Counted from the first letter of the stretch, positions 1-14,110 are shown. The stretch is DNA of 47,904 nt from Eledone cirrhosa (GCA_964016885.1 CAXHJY010000791.1:1-47904); one strand, 5' to 3'. The notes: generated by a model from the sequence alone, not told the origin. Numbers and translations are program-made.

Positions 1-432
1 TGTAACAAGAGCGAAACATCCCCCGAATTTATACAATATTTATCAGAGATTATTACAGTCTCAGTGGTTAAATAAACTAATGAAATACGTATTATGTACG
101 CGGTATTTCAGGGTATCAGTAGCAGAGTGGTTAGAACGTGTGACACAATACTTCGCTGAGGAGGTGTAAAAAGACTAAAACATGCCCTGGGTTTCTACGT
201 GAAAGACAATACTTCGCTGTGGTGTAACAAGGTGTAACAAGAGCGAAACATCTCCAGAGTTTATACAATGTTTATATCAAAGATCATTACAGTTTCAGTG
301 GTTAAATAAACTAATGAAATACGTATTACGTACGCAGGAATTTCGGGATATCAGTAGCAGAGTTGTTAGAACGTGTGACACAATACTTCGCTGAAGAGGT
401 GTAAAAGAGTAAAACAAGTTCCCGGCTTTCTA
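1..432 (+). repeat. Two-copy tandem duplication (period ~232 bp) containing a SINE-like A-box
   Basis: TGTAACAAGAGCGAAACATC starts at 1 and 233, followed by colinear similarity; both units contain TAGCAGAGT(G/T)GTTAGAAC. Confidence 0.8.
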
Positions 433-765
433 TGATGTTTTTCAAAGATCAATTAAATACCCTAATCAGAAAACTAGGGGGAAATTTTGAAATATTAAAA
501 GAGTTTCTGTAGTCAACCTGTTGTTTACACAACTAGCTACAGGCTGAAAATCTTCCAAAGAAGAAGAATTAATGGTCTGTGGCTCTTTAGCGTTATGGTT
601 AAAGCACTCACTCAATAATCAAGAGATGTGGAGTTCGATTTAACGCAAGTAAAACTTTATCTTATTTTCTTAATTATTATCTATGGCGATTGACTATTAT
701 CAAAGTCATATGCGCAGGGGTGACTACATTTCAAATACTCCAATACTTCTAAGATCACGCGATTG

Positions 766-767
<2 letters not shown>

Positions 768-857
<90 letters not shown>

Positions 858-945
858 GTACATATACATATATATACGTACATATACACACACATATATA
901 TATATATATACGTACATATACATATATATACGTACATATACACAC

Positions 946-977
<32 letters not shown>

Positions 978-1084
978 GTAGATATACACATATGTACATA
1001 TACATATATATACATATATATATATATACATATACACACACAGACACACACATATACATAGATATACATATATATATGTATATA

Positions 1085-1123
<39 letters not shown>

Positions 1124-1226
1124 ATGGAGTGTAATGCGAAATTCCTGTAGATTCACCCTGGTGAGCACTCGATGTTTAGATTCTCGCCTGTAACTCGGTG
1201 TAGAGTTAAACAAATATATATATATA

Positions 1227-1293
<67 letters not shown>

Positions 1294-1344
1294 TATTGCC
1301 AAGCGTTTCCGAAGAATAGATCAAGGAAGAATACACACACACAA

Positions 1345-1375
<31 letters not shown>

Positions 1376-1406
1376 AATATACACACACACACACACACAC
1401 ACACAC

Positions 1407-1493
<87 letters not shown>

Positions 1494-1756
1494 CGTGTGT
1501 GTGTGTGTGTGTGTCGAGCAGTTTTTATTTGTTTGTTCAAAGCTGGTGATTTTCTTTTCACTAATCTGAGAGTCTCGCTTGCGTGGGTTCGTTCAGGTGA
1601 CAAAGAGAAGAAACAGAACTCTTCTGTTTGTCAACTGTGCTAACGCATTTAAGTGTGACACATGGCTTAACGATGTACTGATGAATCATCAGTACGGAAC
1701 CTCGAATCTAATATATATAATATATACTATACTATATATATACTATACTATATATA

Positions 1757-1819
<63 letters not shown>

Positions 1820-1866
1820 TATATATATATTAGAATTGGTGCTCTGAAAAATACACTATATATACA

Positions 1867-1908
<42 letters not shown>

Positions 1909-2087
1909 AACTAACATACATAAACTGTTAAATATACACCCATTTATGCTTGATTGCATATACTTCCAATCAATCACATTATTATCTGTATATGCACGTA
2001 AAAATATACACATACACCTCCATGTATGTATGTATATATATATATATATATATATATTTACATGAGTAGTTTTATATGTCTATATAA

Positions 2088-2144
<57 letters not shown>

Positions 2145-2447
2145 TAGATTTATATGACTATGTATATATATATAGATATAGATATATAGATATATGCATA
2201 TATATATATATATATATATATACGTAGGTCCCGGGTTGAGTCGGGGATAACCACAGTAAGTAAGGTACTCAATACATGGCAGAGTAAAATGTTTTTATTT
2301 TATAGAAGGAGCTTCTACAGGACTAGTACTGTTTCATTCAGATGAAATCTTCAGGAAGCTTCCAGAAGATTTCATCTGAATGAAACAGTACTAGTCCTGT
2401 AGAAGCTCCTTCTATAAAATATATATATATGTGTGTGTGTGTGCGTG

Positions 2448-2509
<62 letters not shown>

Positions 2510-2510
2510 C
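768..2510. repeat. Compound (TA)n/(CA)n/(TG)n microsatellite field with short unique interruptions
   Basis: Dinucleotide runs visible directly; source of the YI/HT/CV-repeat ORFs. Confidence 0.95.
2222..2420 (-). mobile_element. PLE-like fold-back cassette: 124-bp palindrome (2297-2420) with hammerhead-like core and GTATTGAGTAC tail
   Basis: 62-bp arms centred on AGCT (2358/2359) with one mismatch; minus strand reads CTGAAGA-TTTCATCTGAAT-GAAAC-AGTACTA-GTC; flanked by (TA)n. Confidence 0.65.
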
Positions 2511-2946
2511 ACGTACGTATAAAAACCCTAAACCCACTTCTTCAATAGACTTAATCTCGTAGAGTCACGCTCGCGTCACTTCGTTCTCCATTAACCGCCT
2601 CTTAATCCGGTCATATACTAATTCCGACTTAGCAGGTTTTTCATTTCGGAATCTTTTATGACTGCGATCTCCAGTCGCATGAGGTGATAACGTTGTATAC
2701 TATCTCGTGATGACAGAACTGCTTATGGTCATTAATCGTTAGATATGTGGTTTTGATTGGTATACAGTTTGTGATGGAAGGCGTGCGGTTATTGTGTTAC
2801 TGTTGATGTCCTCTCATTTGATCCACGTGTATTAAGATGTATAATGAACAAGATTATGTCTATATATATACTGGATGCTTTCTGTCCTTATTTCTCTTTT
2901 CCTTGCTTTTGTATACATCTATACAAATGTATATATATACACACAT

Positions 2947-3052
<106 letters not shown>

Positions 3053-3137
3053 GTGAAGTTGTATGTATGTATATATATATATATATAAAACTGGTTTGTT
3101 TTCCGTGGGTGCACCGCTGGCATCTTTTGACACGCAA

Positions 3138-3435
3138 TACATACACAACACATATACATACACACACATATACATACACACACATATACATACACAACAC
3201 ATATACATACACAACACATATACATACACAATACATATACATACACAACACATATACATACACAACACATATACATACACACACATATACATACACAACA
3301 CATATACATACACAATACATATACATACACAACACATATACATACACAACACATATGCATACACACACATATACATACACAACACATATACATACACACA
3401 CATATGCATACACACACATATACATACACACACAA
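3138..3435. repeat. CA/TA-derived minisatellite (CATATACATACACAACA-like units)
   Basis: Direct reading of ~16-17 bp variant units. Confidence 0.85.
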
Positions 3436-3519
3436 CCATCACATCAACAATGATGTGCCAATGTTTTTCTCCTGTTTATTTGTATCATATATTGTTCGCT
3501 CCACCTGTTGATTCCTACC

Positions 3520-4560
<1,041 letters not shown>

Positions 4561-4755
4561 AAATATATACAGAAGGCGAAGTAGAGATATACATACATAT
4601 ATATATATATATATATTAAATTGTTAAACAATATTCAATGAATTATGTCAAAGAATGATTTTTACAGTAGATTGGAAGCACTCAAAGGGAAAAAATAATT
4701 TTCAGGAGTTATTAATACAAATATTAATAAAATAGATGTTCTTTTGATCAATTAC

Positions 4756-4808
4756 ATTTTATTATACATATTTCGGATGTACAACAGTACGTCCTCATCA
4801 GACAAAAT
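4756..4808 (-). ncRNA. Minimal type I hammerhead ribozyme within a PLE-like cassette (~4616-4865)
   Basis: Minus strand: ATTTTGT-CTGATGA-GGACGTAC/TGTT/GTACATCC-GAAA-TATGTA-TA-ATAAAAT; stems I and II pair, the core is intact and the NUH triplet is ATA. Confidence 0.8.
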
Positions 4809-4932
4809 ATAATGATACATGACATACCCTGAGATGTTAAATGGTTAAGATTTAATCAAGGTAGTATATATATATATATATATTATACTATTTGTAACAT
4901 GTACTCCTGCGTTGTTGTGTTTTTGTATTCTG

Positions 4933-5317
<385 letters not shown>

Positions 5318-5580
5318 GTATGTATGTATGTGTGTGTGTGTGTACAATATTTCTCTCTGTCTCTCTTCTTTCTCTTTTTTGTCTGGCTTCGTATGCACCC
5401 CCCCCCCCCTCTCCTTATAGTCAACTACCAGGTTTTTTTTTCATGTTATTCTCTCCTGACCTCTCTTCTCCCTCTCTATCTCCTTCTCTCTCTTGACCTG
5501 CCTTCTCCCTCTCTATCTCTCTCTCCCTTGACCTCCCTTTCTCTCTCTCTCTTCTCTCTCTCCCCCTCTCTCTCTATCCT

Positions 5581-5620
<40 letters not shown>

Positions 5621-5809
5621 CTTGCTTGATTCATAGCTGCAATGTCCGCCCTTCTGATAAATCACAGACCACTGAAACACGGAGGTCGAGGGTCATATCA
5701 GCAATCAACAAACGCCAAACAAACAGTTGTGTGGCTTCTTTTTTTTATTTCATGTTCGTCTGAATTATTGCTTTTTTGTCAGAGAACTATTTGGATATAA
5801 AGTTAAGTG

Positions 5810-6120
5810 CTTGGGTGGTTTGAGGTGGTTTGGAGTGGTTTGGAGTGGTTTTGGGGTGGTTTCAGGGTGATTGTGAAGTAGGTGGAATGGTCTGGGGGTG
5901 GTTTTGGCAGGTTTTGGGGTGGTTTGGGAATGGTTTGGGGGTAGTTAGAGTGGTTGAAGTGGGTGGGTGATTTGGATGGTTTGGGTGGTTGGTATGGTTT
6001 GGTGTTGGGGTGAATGGTTTGGGTTGTTCAGATCGTTTGGGGCGGTTGACGTGAATGGAGTGGATTGAATGGTTGGAGTGGTTCTGGAAGCTAGGGTTGT
6101 GTGGGTAGTTAGGGTGGCTG
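5810..6120. repeat. Degenerate G/T-rich ~10-bp minisatellite (GGTTTGGAGT-like)
   Basis: Direct reading. Confidence 0.75.
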
Positions 6121-6270
6121 ACACATTAAATACTCATGACACTCTACCGGCTCTGTCAATCCTCCACCTAAAATATAATACTGATGTCTAATTTAGGCAC
6201 AAATCTAACAAAGCAGGAAGAAAAGCAAAGCAGATTATTATCAACCCCAGTATTTAACTGGTACTTAATT

Positions 6271-6400
6271 ATCATCATCATCATTCTCCGACTACTGTCG
6301 AGATGATGGATCTCACTCTCATGCCCCAGAATTCCCTGTCCCCCATCGCTTCCCCCAGGTCCCGTCTACTGATTCCCGTATCCCTAGAGATCATTATGAT
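6271..6400 (-). mobile_element. 3' end fragment of an RTE-like LINE with (GAT)n tail
   Basis: Manual minus-strand translation ISRDTGISRRDLGEAMGDREFWGMRVRSIISTVVGE* has the AMxDRxxW motif of RTE ORF C-termini, followed by TGATGATGATG. Confidence 0.65.
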
Positions 6401-6756
6401 CAGAAACAGGACCCGGGAAAGCAGGGGCTGGACCCACATCAACAGGTATACCATATAGTGTGGTTCCCTGAGGAACAGGAACCCTGGTGCAGTCAGTTGC
6501 GAAATCCATCATCTTTTCAAATAGCTAATAATGTGTGTGGGCGCCACTACTACACACTTAATTATATCAGCCCCGGTGGGATGAAATGTAAAGTTTAGCA
6601 CGGCGGGATTTGAACTCATGTTTATTACAACATTTTATTGATATATTTGTTTTAACCAATGTATTATGATATTTCGGGGCTAACACCCACTTTTCAAATG
6701 AGGAGCTGAGGCAGTTCAAAACAAAATATAATATATTTAATATACTGAAATCAACT

Positions 6757-6915
6757 CCAGTACTTGACTGGTACTTTATTTTATCGATCCCAGAAACATG
6801 AAAGGTAAAGTTGAACCCAGTGGGATTTGAACTCAGAATGTAAAGAACTGGAATATATATAGCTAAACATCTGTCCAATACTCTAGCCACTGTAACAATC
6901 CAGCACTCTTCGTTG
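6757..6915 (-). mobile_element. tRNA-derived SINE family 1, decayed
   Basis: Reverse complement of the TGAGTTCAAATCCC...TTTCAT...GATAAAAATAAAGTACCAG core shared with 46999-47189. Confidence 0.75.
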
Positions 6916-8024
6916 ATATCAGTAATAAGAACAATACGGCCATTAACATTCCGCCACGCCAGCCTGGCCCACCTCACCAGAATTTCAGCCAGTCTCATTG
7001 ACCATCGTCTAGAAATGTTCTCTCGTCTACATAATCTATTTATACATTGTGATTTGGTAGAGTGGGGGGAGTCATGGAGTGGTGATGGAAATAGAGAATG
7101 GAAAAGTGGTGTAGTGGTGGTGGAAATAGAGAAGAGAATGGCGGAATAGTGCAGTGGAGGAGTGGTGAAGTGGTCATTGACATTTCCTCACGCCAGCCAG
7201 CCAGACCATCTACACGATTCGGATATCCCCTCCCCCAAAGCATTCTTTACAGCATTCTAGCAATTGTGTCTGTTTATTAGACAGCTAGCATGTTTAATAT
7301 AATGAGCTACTGAGAATTTTTAATTAAACAGAAATTACAGCCACGATAAAGAGATGAATAAGTGGTGTAGATGACAAGCTTGTTGTGAAAAAACAAAAGG
7401 ACGATGCTGAGACACTGGAATTAATATTAGTTAAAATTTCAAACGCACACGCACACACACATACACAGATGCAGATAAACACACACACAAGCATAAGCAG
7501 TCAAGCACAGACACACATACACATACACACATGTGTACACAAACATTCACACACACAACAAATTCACGAGGTTAGTCAATACAGATAGTTTTGAAAAGAC
7601 TGCAGTTTCACCAAAAATTCAGTATAAACAGTCAATTTCAATTGGAAATGGAAAGTAAGTTTATCATTATCTATAAAAGGCAGGTTGTTGTTGTTGTTGT
7701 GTGTGTGTGTCTGTGTGTGCATGTTCCATGTTTATACATTCGCACAATTTCAAACCGATTCGACTGAATGTCTGTAAGAATGTTGTAAATGGTCTAACAT
7801 AGGTCAACGACTATTTATTTATTTCAAACTCACCCACAATTGCGGATATAATCGATAAAACTAAATACATGATGCTTTAACCCTCTAATACAATCTGATT
7901 CCCTCTCTCTACTCCCCTTAAAATTCGATAAAACTACATACATGCTGCAACTTTCTCTTATATACGCTTAAACTTACAAACTTCCTTTAGGAACGCCGAA
8001 GAAAGAAGAGAGAAAGAAATGACG

Positions 8025-8085
<61 letters not shown>

Positions 8086-8257
8086 GGGGAGGTTAAATTG
8101 GAAATAGCACTGAAAATATATTTATGAATCTGTTTTTCCTTTTTTTATTTCCTTTCTTTGATTCGTCAAAGTGGCATTATTGAAACAATGAGAGGGACAA
8201 TTCTTTTAAAAAATAAAATAATTTTATATATATATATATGTGTGTGTGTGTGTATTA

Positions 8258-8440
8258 GGTAATTCCGAATAAAAAGCACAAGAAAAAAGAGTGTTCTATG
8301 CATAGAACAGAGCTATTTAACATATCTGTCTGATGAACGATCCAGACGTATGTTATTATTGTCTGAGATCCAGAAACCTTTGGTAATGGTGTAGTAATAT
8401 ATTGTGTTGTTCACTCTCTAATTAAATAGCTCTGTTCTAT
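8258..8440 (+). mobile_element. PLE-like cassette with 19-bp inverted repeats enclosing a hammerhead-like core
   Basis: ATAGAACAGAGCTATTTAA (8302-8320) and its reverse complement (8422-8440); CTGATGA at 8330, imperfect stem II, GAAA-CC-TTT-GG-TA at 8373-8385. Confidence 0.6.
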
Positions 8441-9053
8441 ATATATAGAGAGAGAGATAGATAGATATACATAGGTCACACTGGTATGTAACAACATAAT
8501 TATATATTCTCCGAAATATATTGGTTGGTGCAATGGATGGTAGAAAACAAAGTACGTGTGAAACTATATGAAAGAACCTAGTTTTCAGTTTTCTATATTT
8601 TTTCCTTATTTTATTCTATTTTATTTTATTTTATCTATTTTGAAAGTATTCCGGTTAAAAATACATCTTTCCGGAAGACGGATGAATGCAGAAAAAGACT
8701 TCCCAAAATTAGCTATGGACGTGCTTCGCACCTTCCTGGAATTAAACTTTTAAACTTTTCTCCTTGGAAATAACGAAAGCGAAATATCTTCCATTCTCCT
8801 CGTTATATTTACGTCACTTTAAGATTTATATTGGCTGTATCTCAGTACGTGATACTCGTTCAGCTGAATTGGAGATTTTCTAACTCCATTCCCAACCCAT
8901 TCCAAACCTCTCATAAATAACGAAACATTGTCTTCTCTCTTCATTTCTCCTTCTTGGTTGGTTTTCCTTAAGTTTTAATATACGAAATATATATTAAATC
9001 TAAGATATCTAGACGAACATATATTCCTATTCTCTCTCTCTGCCTGTGTATAT

Positions 9054-9130
<77 letters not shown>

Positions 9131-9308
9131 ATATAGAAATTATTGTGAGCAAGAAGCCAACAGTATTTCACAATATATAAATGACTATAACGTCAAAATG
9201 GAATGTATATATATATATATATGCATATACATATATGTCCATATATATATATGTATATGTATATATGAGTGTTTGTGTTTATATATATAAATATATGCAT
9301 ATATATCC

Positions 9309-9341
<33 letters not shown>

Positions 9342-9389
9342 TACATATGTGAATGAATAGAAATAAATAAATCTATATATATATCTGTT

Positions 9390-9534
<145 letters not shown>

Positions 9535-9599
9535 CTGGTGACTTCATACAAATGAAATAGTTCTAGTGCAGTAGAAGTCCTTTCTCTCTTTATATATAT

Positions 9600-9890
9600 A
9601 ATAAAGCTACGTATACTCTACCAATGTATTGAGTACCCTTCGGTAGTTACCCACTGGGAAGCCGTTAAAATGGAAGTGGGGTTATAAAAAGCAAAGCAAC
9701 AAAACAGGGGGAAAAGGAATATAAACAAGAATCAAAAATAAAGTAACATTGGAAATATTTGTTGGTCCCACCATATTTCGGATAATTTCCTTCATCAAGG
9801 GATCAGTTGGAAATCTTGATTTACGCCAGAGAGAACATGGTTATGCCTAGCTCTCGTTTGTGTAATATATATTCTACGGTGTAAATTTAA
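9600..9890 (-). mobile_element. PLE-like cassette with a degenerate hammerhead core
   Basis: Minus strand TCCC-TTGATGA-AGGAAATTATCC-GAAA-TATGGT-GGGA (~9766-9802); GTATTGAGTAC at 9626 on the plus strand. Confidence 0.5.
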
Positions 9891-10015
9891 GAGATACCGT
9901 TTTCTTTAAATTTAGCGTCTCTTAATAGCTTAAAACATATATATACATACATACACACCCACATATATATATAGCAATATATACACTCATATATATATAT
10001 ACATATCTTATATAT

Positions 10016-10083
<68 letters not shown>

Positions 10084-10224
10084 ATAGCAAACACTTATTT
10101 GAAGTGATATTATCTGATGTAGTCGGTCGTTAAACATCACGAAATATCCGCTCTTGAGTCCTTCATGTCAAAGTCCATTTTATCTCTTCTATGTTGGTCA
10201 TCTAACCGAAAGATGACTCCCAAG

Positions 10225-10590
10225 CACCACCCCCACCTCCACCACAGCCACCACCACATCCACGACCACAACGACCACCACCACCACCACGACCGTCTCC
10301 GCCACCACCACCACGACCGTCTCCACCACCACCACCACCACCACCACCACCACCACCACCACCACCATAAAGCCACACACACAAGACACAAAACTACACA
10401 CACACACATACACCGACACATAAAGCCACACATACACACACATACAACCTCCCCCCCCCCCCCCCACACACACACATAAAGTCACACATACAACCTCCAC
10501 ACACACATAGACACATACCCCCCCCCGCACACACACAGCCACTGACACATAAAGTCACACATACACACAAACAGACCCACACACACAACG
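10225..10590. repeat. (CAC)n and (CA)n microsatellites
   Basis: Direct reading. Confidence 0.9.
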
Positions 10591-10964
10591 TTGTCTTCTC
10601 AGTACTCCGTCACTGGCGAGGACCACTCTCCTCATCACGACAGACGGTAATGGCTACAATATAAATATTATTCAATATGGCCAAATATCAGACCTTTTCT
10701 TGCACTATTACTGTATCGATGAATAAAATCAATCACTGGCTTTGGTTTTAGCCAATTGGATTCGATTGATGTCAGTTAAATGGTGAGTTCGAAGGTTGAC
10801 TTTGAAGCATAGCCCATCTGATTCTGATGGGAAATCAACTAAAATCGATAATCGATGTGTCATACAGTCTTTCATTTAGAGAGAAATATATGTGTGTGGG
10901 AGGTTGTGAGTGGTCGTGGGGGGAGGGCTTCTATAGTGAAACATACGGTAGCATTTGAATAACA

Positions 10965-11046
10965 GGAGAGAGAGAAAGAGAGAGTGGGAGAGAGAGTGAG
11001 ACAAAGTAGAAAGTCAAAGGGAAAGTAGAGAGAGGGAGAGAGAGAG

Positions 11047-11130
<84 letters not shown>

Positions 11131-11203
11131 TAGAGAGAGTGAAAGGGAAAATAGGGAGAGAGAGAAAGATAATGCTAGAGAGAGAGGGTGCTACAGAGTG
11201 TGC

Positions 11204-11239
<36 letters not shown>

Positions 11240-11240
11240 T

Positions 11241-11301
<61 letters not shown>

Positions 11302-11520
11302 TAGAGAGAGCGAAAGAGAGAGAGAGCAAATGTCTGTGGTAGGGAAAGAGACTGTTAGAGAGAGTGAATGTGAAAAAGGTGTGTGTAGTAGAGAGAGAGG
11401 GGGGAGAGAGAGAGTACTAAAGAGAATGTGTGAGAGAGAAAATTGGTAGTGAGAGACAGAGGGGAGAGAGACAGAGATGTAGTAGATATATATAGAGAGA
11501 GAGGGGGAGGGGAGAGGGGC
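10965..11520. repeat. (GA)n purine-rich tract
   Basis: Direct reading. Confidence 0.95.
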
Positions 11521-11649
11521 GTGTAGTGAACTATGATCAGAAGAAGATCAGATGAAAGGAAAGATAAACATAGGACTAATGTTTCCAAACGTTTTCATAT
11601 CTGACCGACATTGGATTTTAACAGATACAGAGATGTGGAGTCATTGTGC

Positions 11650-12296
11650 TGGTCATAGATATAGGAGAGTCATAGATATATGACAGGTCATAGATATAGG
11701 AGAGGTCATAGATATATGACAGGTCATAGATATAAGAGAGGTCATAGATATATGACAGGTCATAGATATAGGACAGGTCATAGATATATGACAGGTCATA
11801 GATATAGGACAGGTCATAGACTGTGGAGTAGTGTAGTGTCTCAGAGCAGATCATAGGTACATGACGAAGGACAATGAAGAAATGTCATGTAGAAGGTCAT
11901 ATATATATACGATGTCATTGATATATGACAGCTCATAGATATAGGAGAGGTCATAGATATAGGACAGATCATAGATTGTGGAGTAGTGTAGTGTCTCAGA
12001 GCAGATCATAGGTGTATGACGAGGGACAATGAAGTAAGATCATATATATACGATGTCATAGATATAGGACAGGTCATAGATATATGACAGGTCATAGATA
12101 TAGGGCAGGTCATAGATATAGGGCAGGTCATAGACTGTGGAGTACGTCATGTAGTGTCTCAGAGCAGATCATAGATATATGACGAGGGACAATGAAGTAA
12201 GATCATATATATACGATGTCATAGATATATGACAGGTCATAGACTGTGGAGTAGTGTAGTGCCTCAGAGCAGATCATATGTACATGATGTATACAT

Positions 12297-12300
<4 letters not shown>
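11650..12300. repeat. 18-bp minisatellite (AGGTCATAGATATA(T/G)GAC) with a higher-order unit
   Basis: Monomers interleaved with four copies of a GTGGAGTAGTGTAGTGTCTCAGAGCAGATCATA block. Confidence 0.9.
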
Positions 12301-12346
<46 letters not shown>

Positions 12347-12410
12347 GTATATGGAAATAATATACATTTACGTCTCTCTATCTCTCTCTATATCTATCTA
12401 TTTATCTATC

Positions 12411-12514
<104 letters not shown>

Positions 12515-13117
12515 AACGGAGCAAGAGCGAGGTGTAATGAGTGGAGAGTGGACGGGGATGTACAAATGGTTTCCTTTCAGAAACAACATTAGGTGTTATA
12601 GCAAACAAAATGGCCGTCATTCACAGTAGCTGAGCCGTAGATAACATAGTCCTGTGTGGAGTGGGTCTTTAGTTAGATCAAAGAGGGCATTAACCGGTGT
12701 ACAATGCGCATGTGTTGCTATGACACCAGCAATCGGTTGCTTAAGCGTCCGAAACGAAAGGTGGCTGACACATCGGACACTTAGGTAAATGATTTGAAAT
12801 GGAGGGACAAAGGAAATAAAGGGGGAAAAAGGGAATGAAGAACGGAAGAAGAATTGAATGAGAGGGAAAGAGAGGGATATTGAGAAGAAGTGAGAGATAA
12901 TGAATGACAGCGAGGAAGAAGATATAGTAAGAGAGGGGGGGGGGGGCTAATGAGAAGTGAGAAAGGAACAAATTATAATAAATGAGAGAATGGAACAGGG
13001 AGAGAGAGAGAGTGAGAGAAATAATGAAAGAAAGGAGATAAAGAAGAAAGATATAGTAAAAGAAAGACAGGGAGAGAGAGAGATGAGGAATGGCCCATTT
13101 GCTTAATGGTTTAAAGC

Positions 13118-13350
13118 AGGCATGTCAAAACTGAGGGTCCCTCGAGGGACACATGGGTCATTTTTGTTGTCTGAGGGCCACACGAGGGCCACACGAGGGT
13201 CCCATGAGTGACATTTGTGTTGTCTGAGCCACACACAACTAATTGCGCACATTATAACTAATTTTTTTTTATTTTATATTACGAAGATAAAACATGCTCA
13301 CGCTATAAAACCTTTGTGCGGGTCGCAGGTGCGCTTGTAAAGGGCCGCAG
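13118..13350 (+). mobile_element. Possible hAT/Charlie-type MITE fragment
   Basis: Starts CAGGCATGTCAAA with repeated GAGGGCCAC/GGGCCGCA subterminal motifs; no clear right TIR seen. Confidence 0.4.
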
Positions 13351-13554
13351 GGGTGCTTGTAAAGTCCCTAGCCGATATCTTGGAGATATGTGGTTCAGTT
13401 CCACACAGTAGCCCATGACAACTTCTTTTAAAGGTCTTCACTCTATTTATAATGTATTGTTATAGCATCTCTCCACATGAGCACGTCATACTTTATATTA
13501 ATTGTATGTTCTCAGTGCCTAAAAGTCCGGGAGAACGCTTGAAATAATAGGAAA

Positions 13555-13596
13555 GGAGTCATAGCGTTTCGGACACTAGTCCTTCATCAGAAGATA
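13555..13596 (-). ncRNA. Hammerhead ribozyme core (family C), cleavage site mutated
   Basis: Minus strand TCTT-CTGATGA-AGGAC/TAGT/GTCC-GAAA-CGCT-ATGA; homologous to 39565-39600. Confidence 0.6.
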
Positions 13597-13715
13597 GAAT
13601 TTGAAATAAAGGGTGAAATAGAAAGATAGAGAGTGAGAATGATCGAGGGGGGGGGGGGGGTGTAACAAAAGAACGCACTTGCTTATTCATTCAGCCATTT
13701 TGGAGATTTTATTTA

Positions 13716-14109
13716 TATTAGAAATGTAAGCTATCGCCGTATTTTGACTAAAGAAATTAAAGAAATTATTTAGCCTGATAGTGGGGTTAAGAACCCTCGG
13801 AAAAATGGAAAAAGATGAGTATTGACGTACATGGGAGTCGAACCTACATCTTTGGTTATCCGGACCACTGTGCTACCATTTACACCAACACATGATGTGT
13901 TGGTGTAAATGGTAGCACAGTGGTCCGGATAACCAAAGATGTAGGTTCGACTCCCATGTACGTCAATACTCATCTTTTTCCATTTTTCCGAGGGTTCTTA
14001 ACCCCACTATCAGGATAAATAATTTCTTTAATTTCTTTAGTCAAAATACGGCGATAGCTTACATTTCTAATAATTTCAAACCCACTCGCTGTTTCGAAAA
14101 TATTCTTAC

Positions 14110-14110
<1 letters not shown>
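13716..14110 (+). mobile_element. tRNA-headed element inserted as a 357-bp palindrome (13716-14072) plus a short tail ending at (TA)n
   Basis: 178-bp arms around the single base G13894, one mismatch seen; the tail TTTCGAAAATATTCTTACT recurs inverted at ~44267-44285. Confidence 0.85.
13894..13965 (+). pseudogene. tRNA-like sequence (Gln-like D arm, non-canonical anticodon loop); mirror copy at 13823-13894 on the minus strand
   Basis: Folds as GATGTGT/TG/GTGTAAATGGTAGCAC/A/GTGGT-CCGGATA-ACCAA/AGAT/GTAGG-TTCGACT-CCCAT/GTACGTC-A; A box, B box GGTTCGACTCC and TTTTT at 13975-13979. Confidence 0.7.

Noticed and set aside
578-665. tRNA gene
   Set aside because: Only A/B-box-like words without a cloverleaf; probably a decayed SINE head.
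5810-6120. Interstitial telomeric repeat
   Set aside because: Only isolated TTAGGG-like words; the repeat is a degenerate ~10-mer.
6567-6998. 143-aa ORF
   Set aside because: Runs across decayed SINE sequence; no recognisable domain.
13894-13965. Functional tRNA gene
   Set aside because: The anticodon loop lacks U33 and purine 37, there are mismatches in the anticodon and T stems, and it sits in a repeat palindrome.
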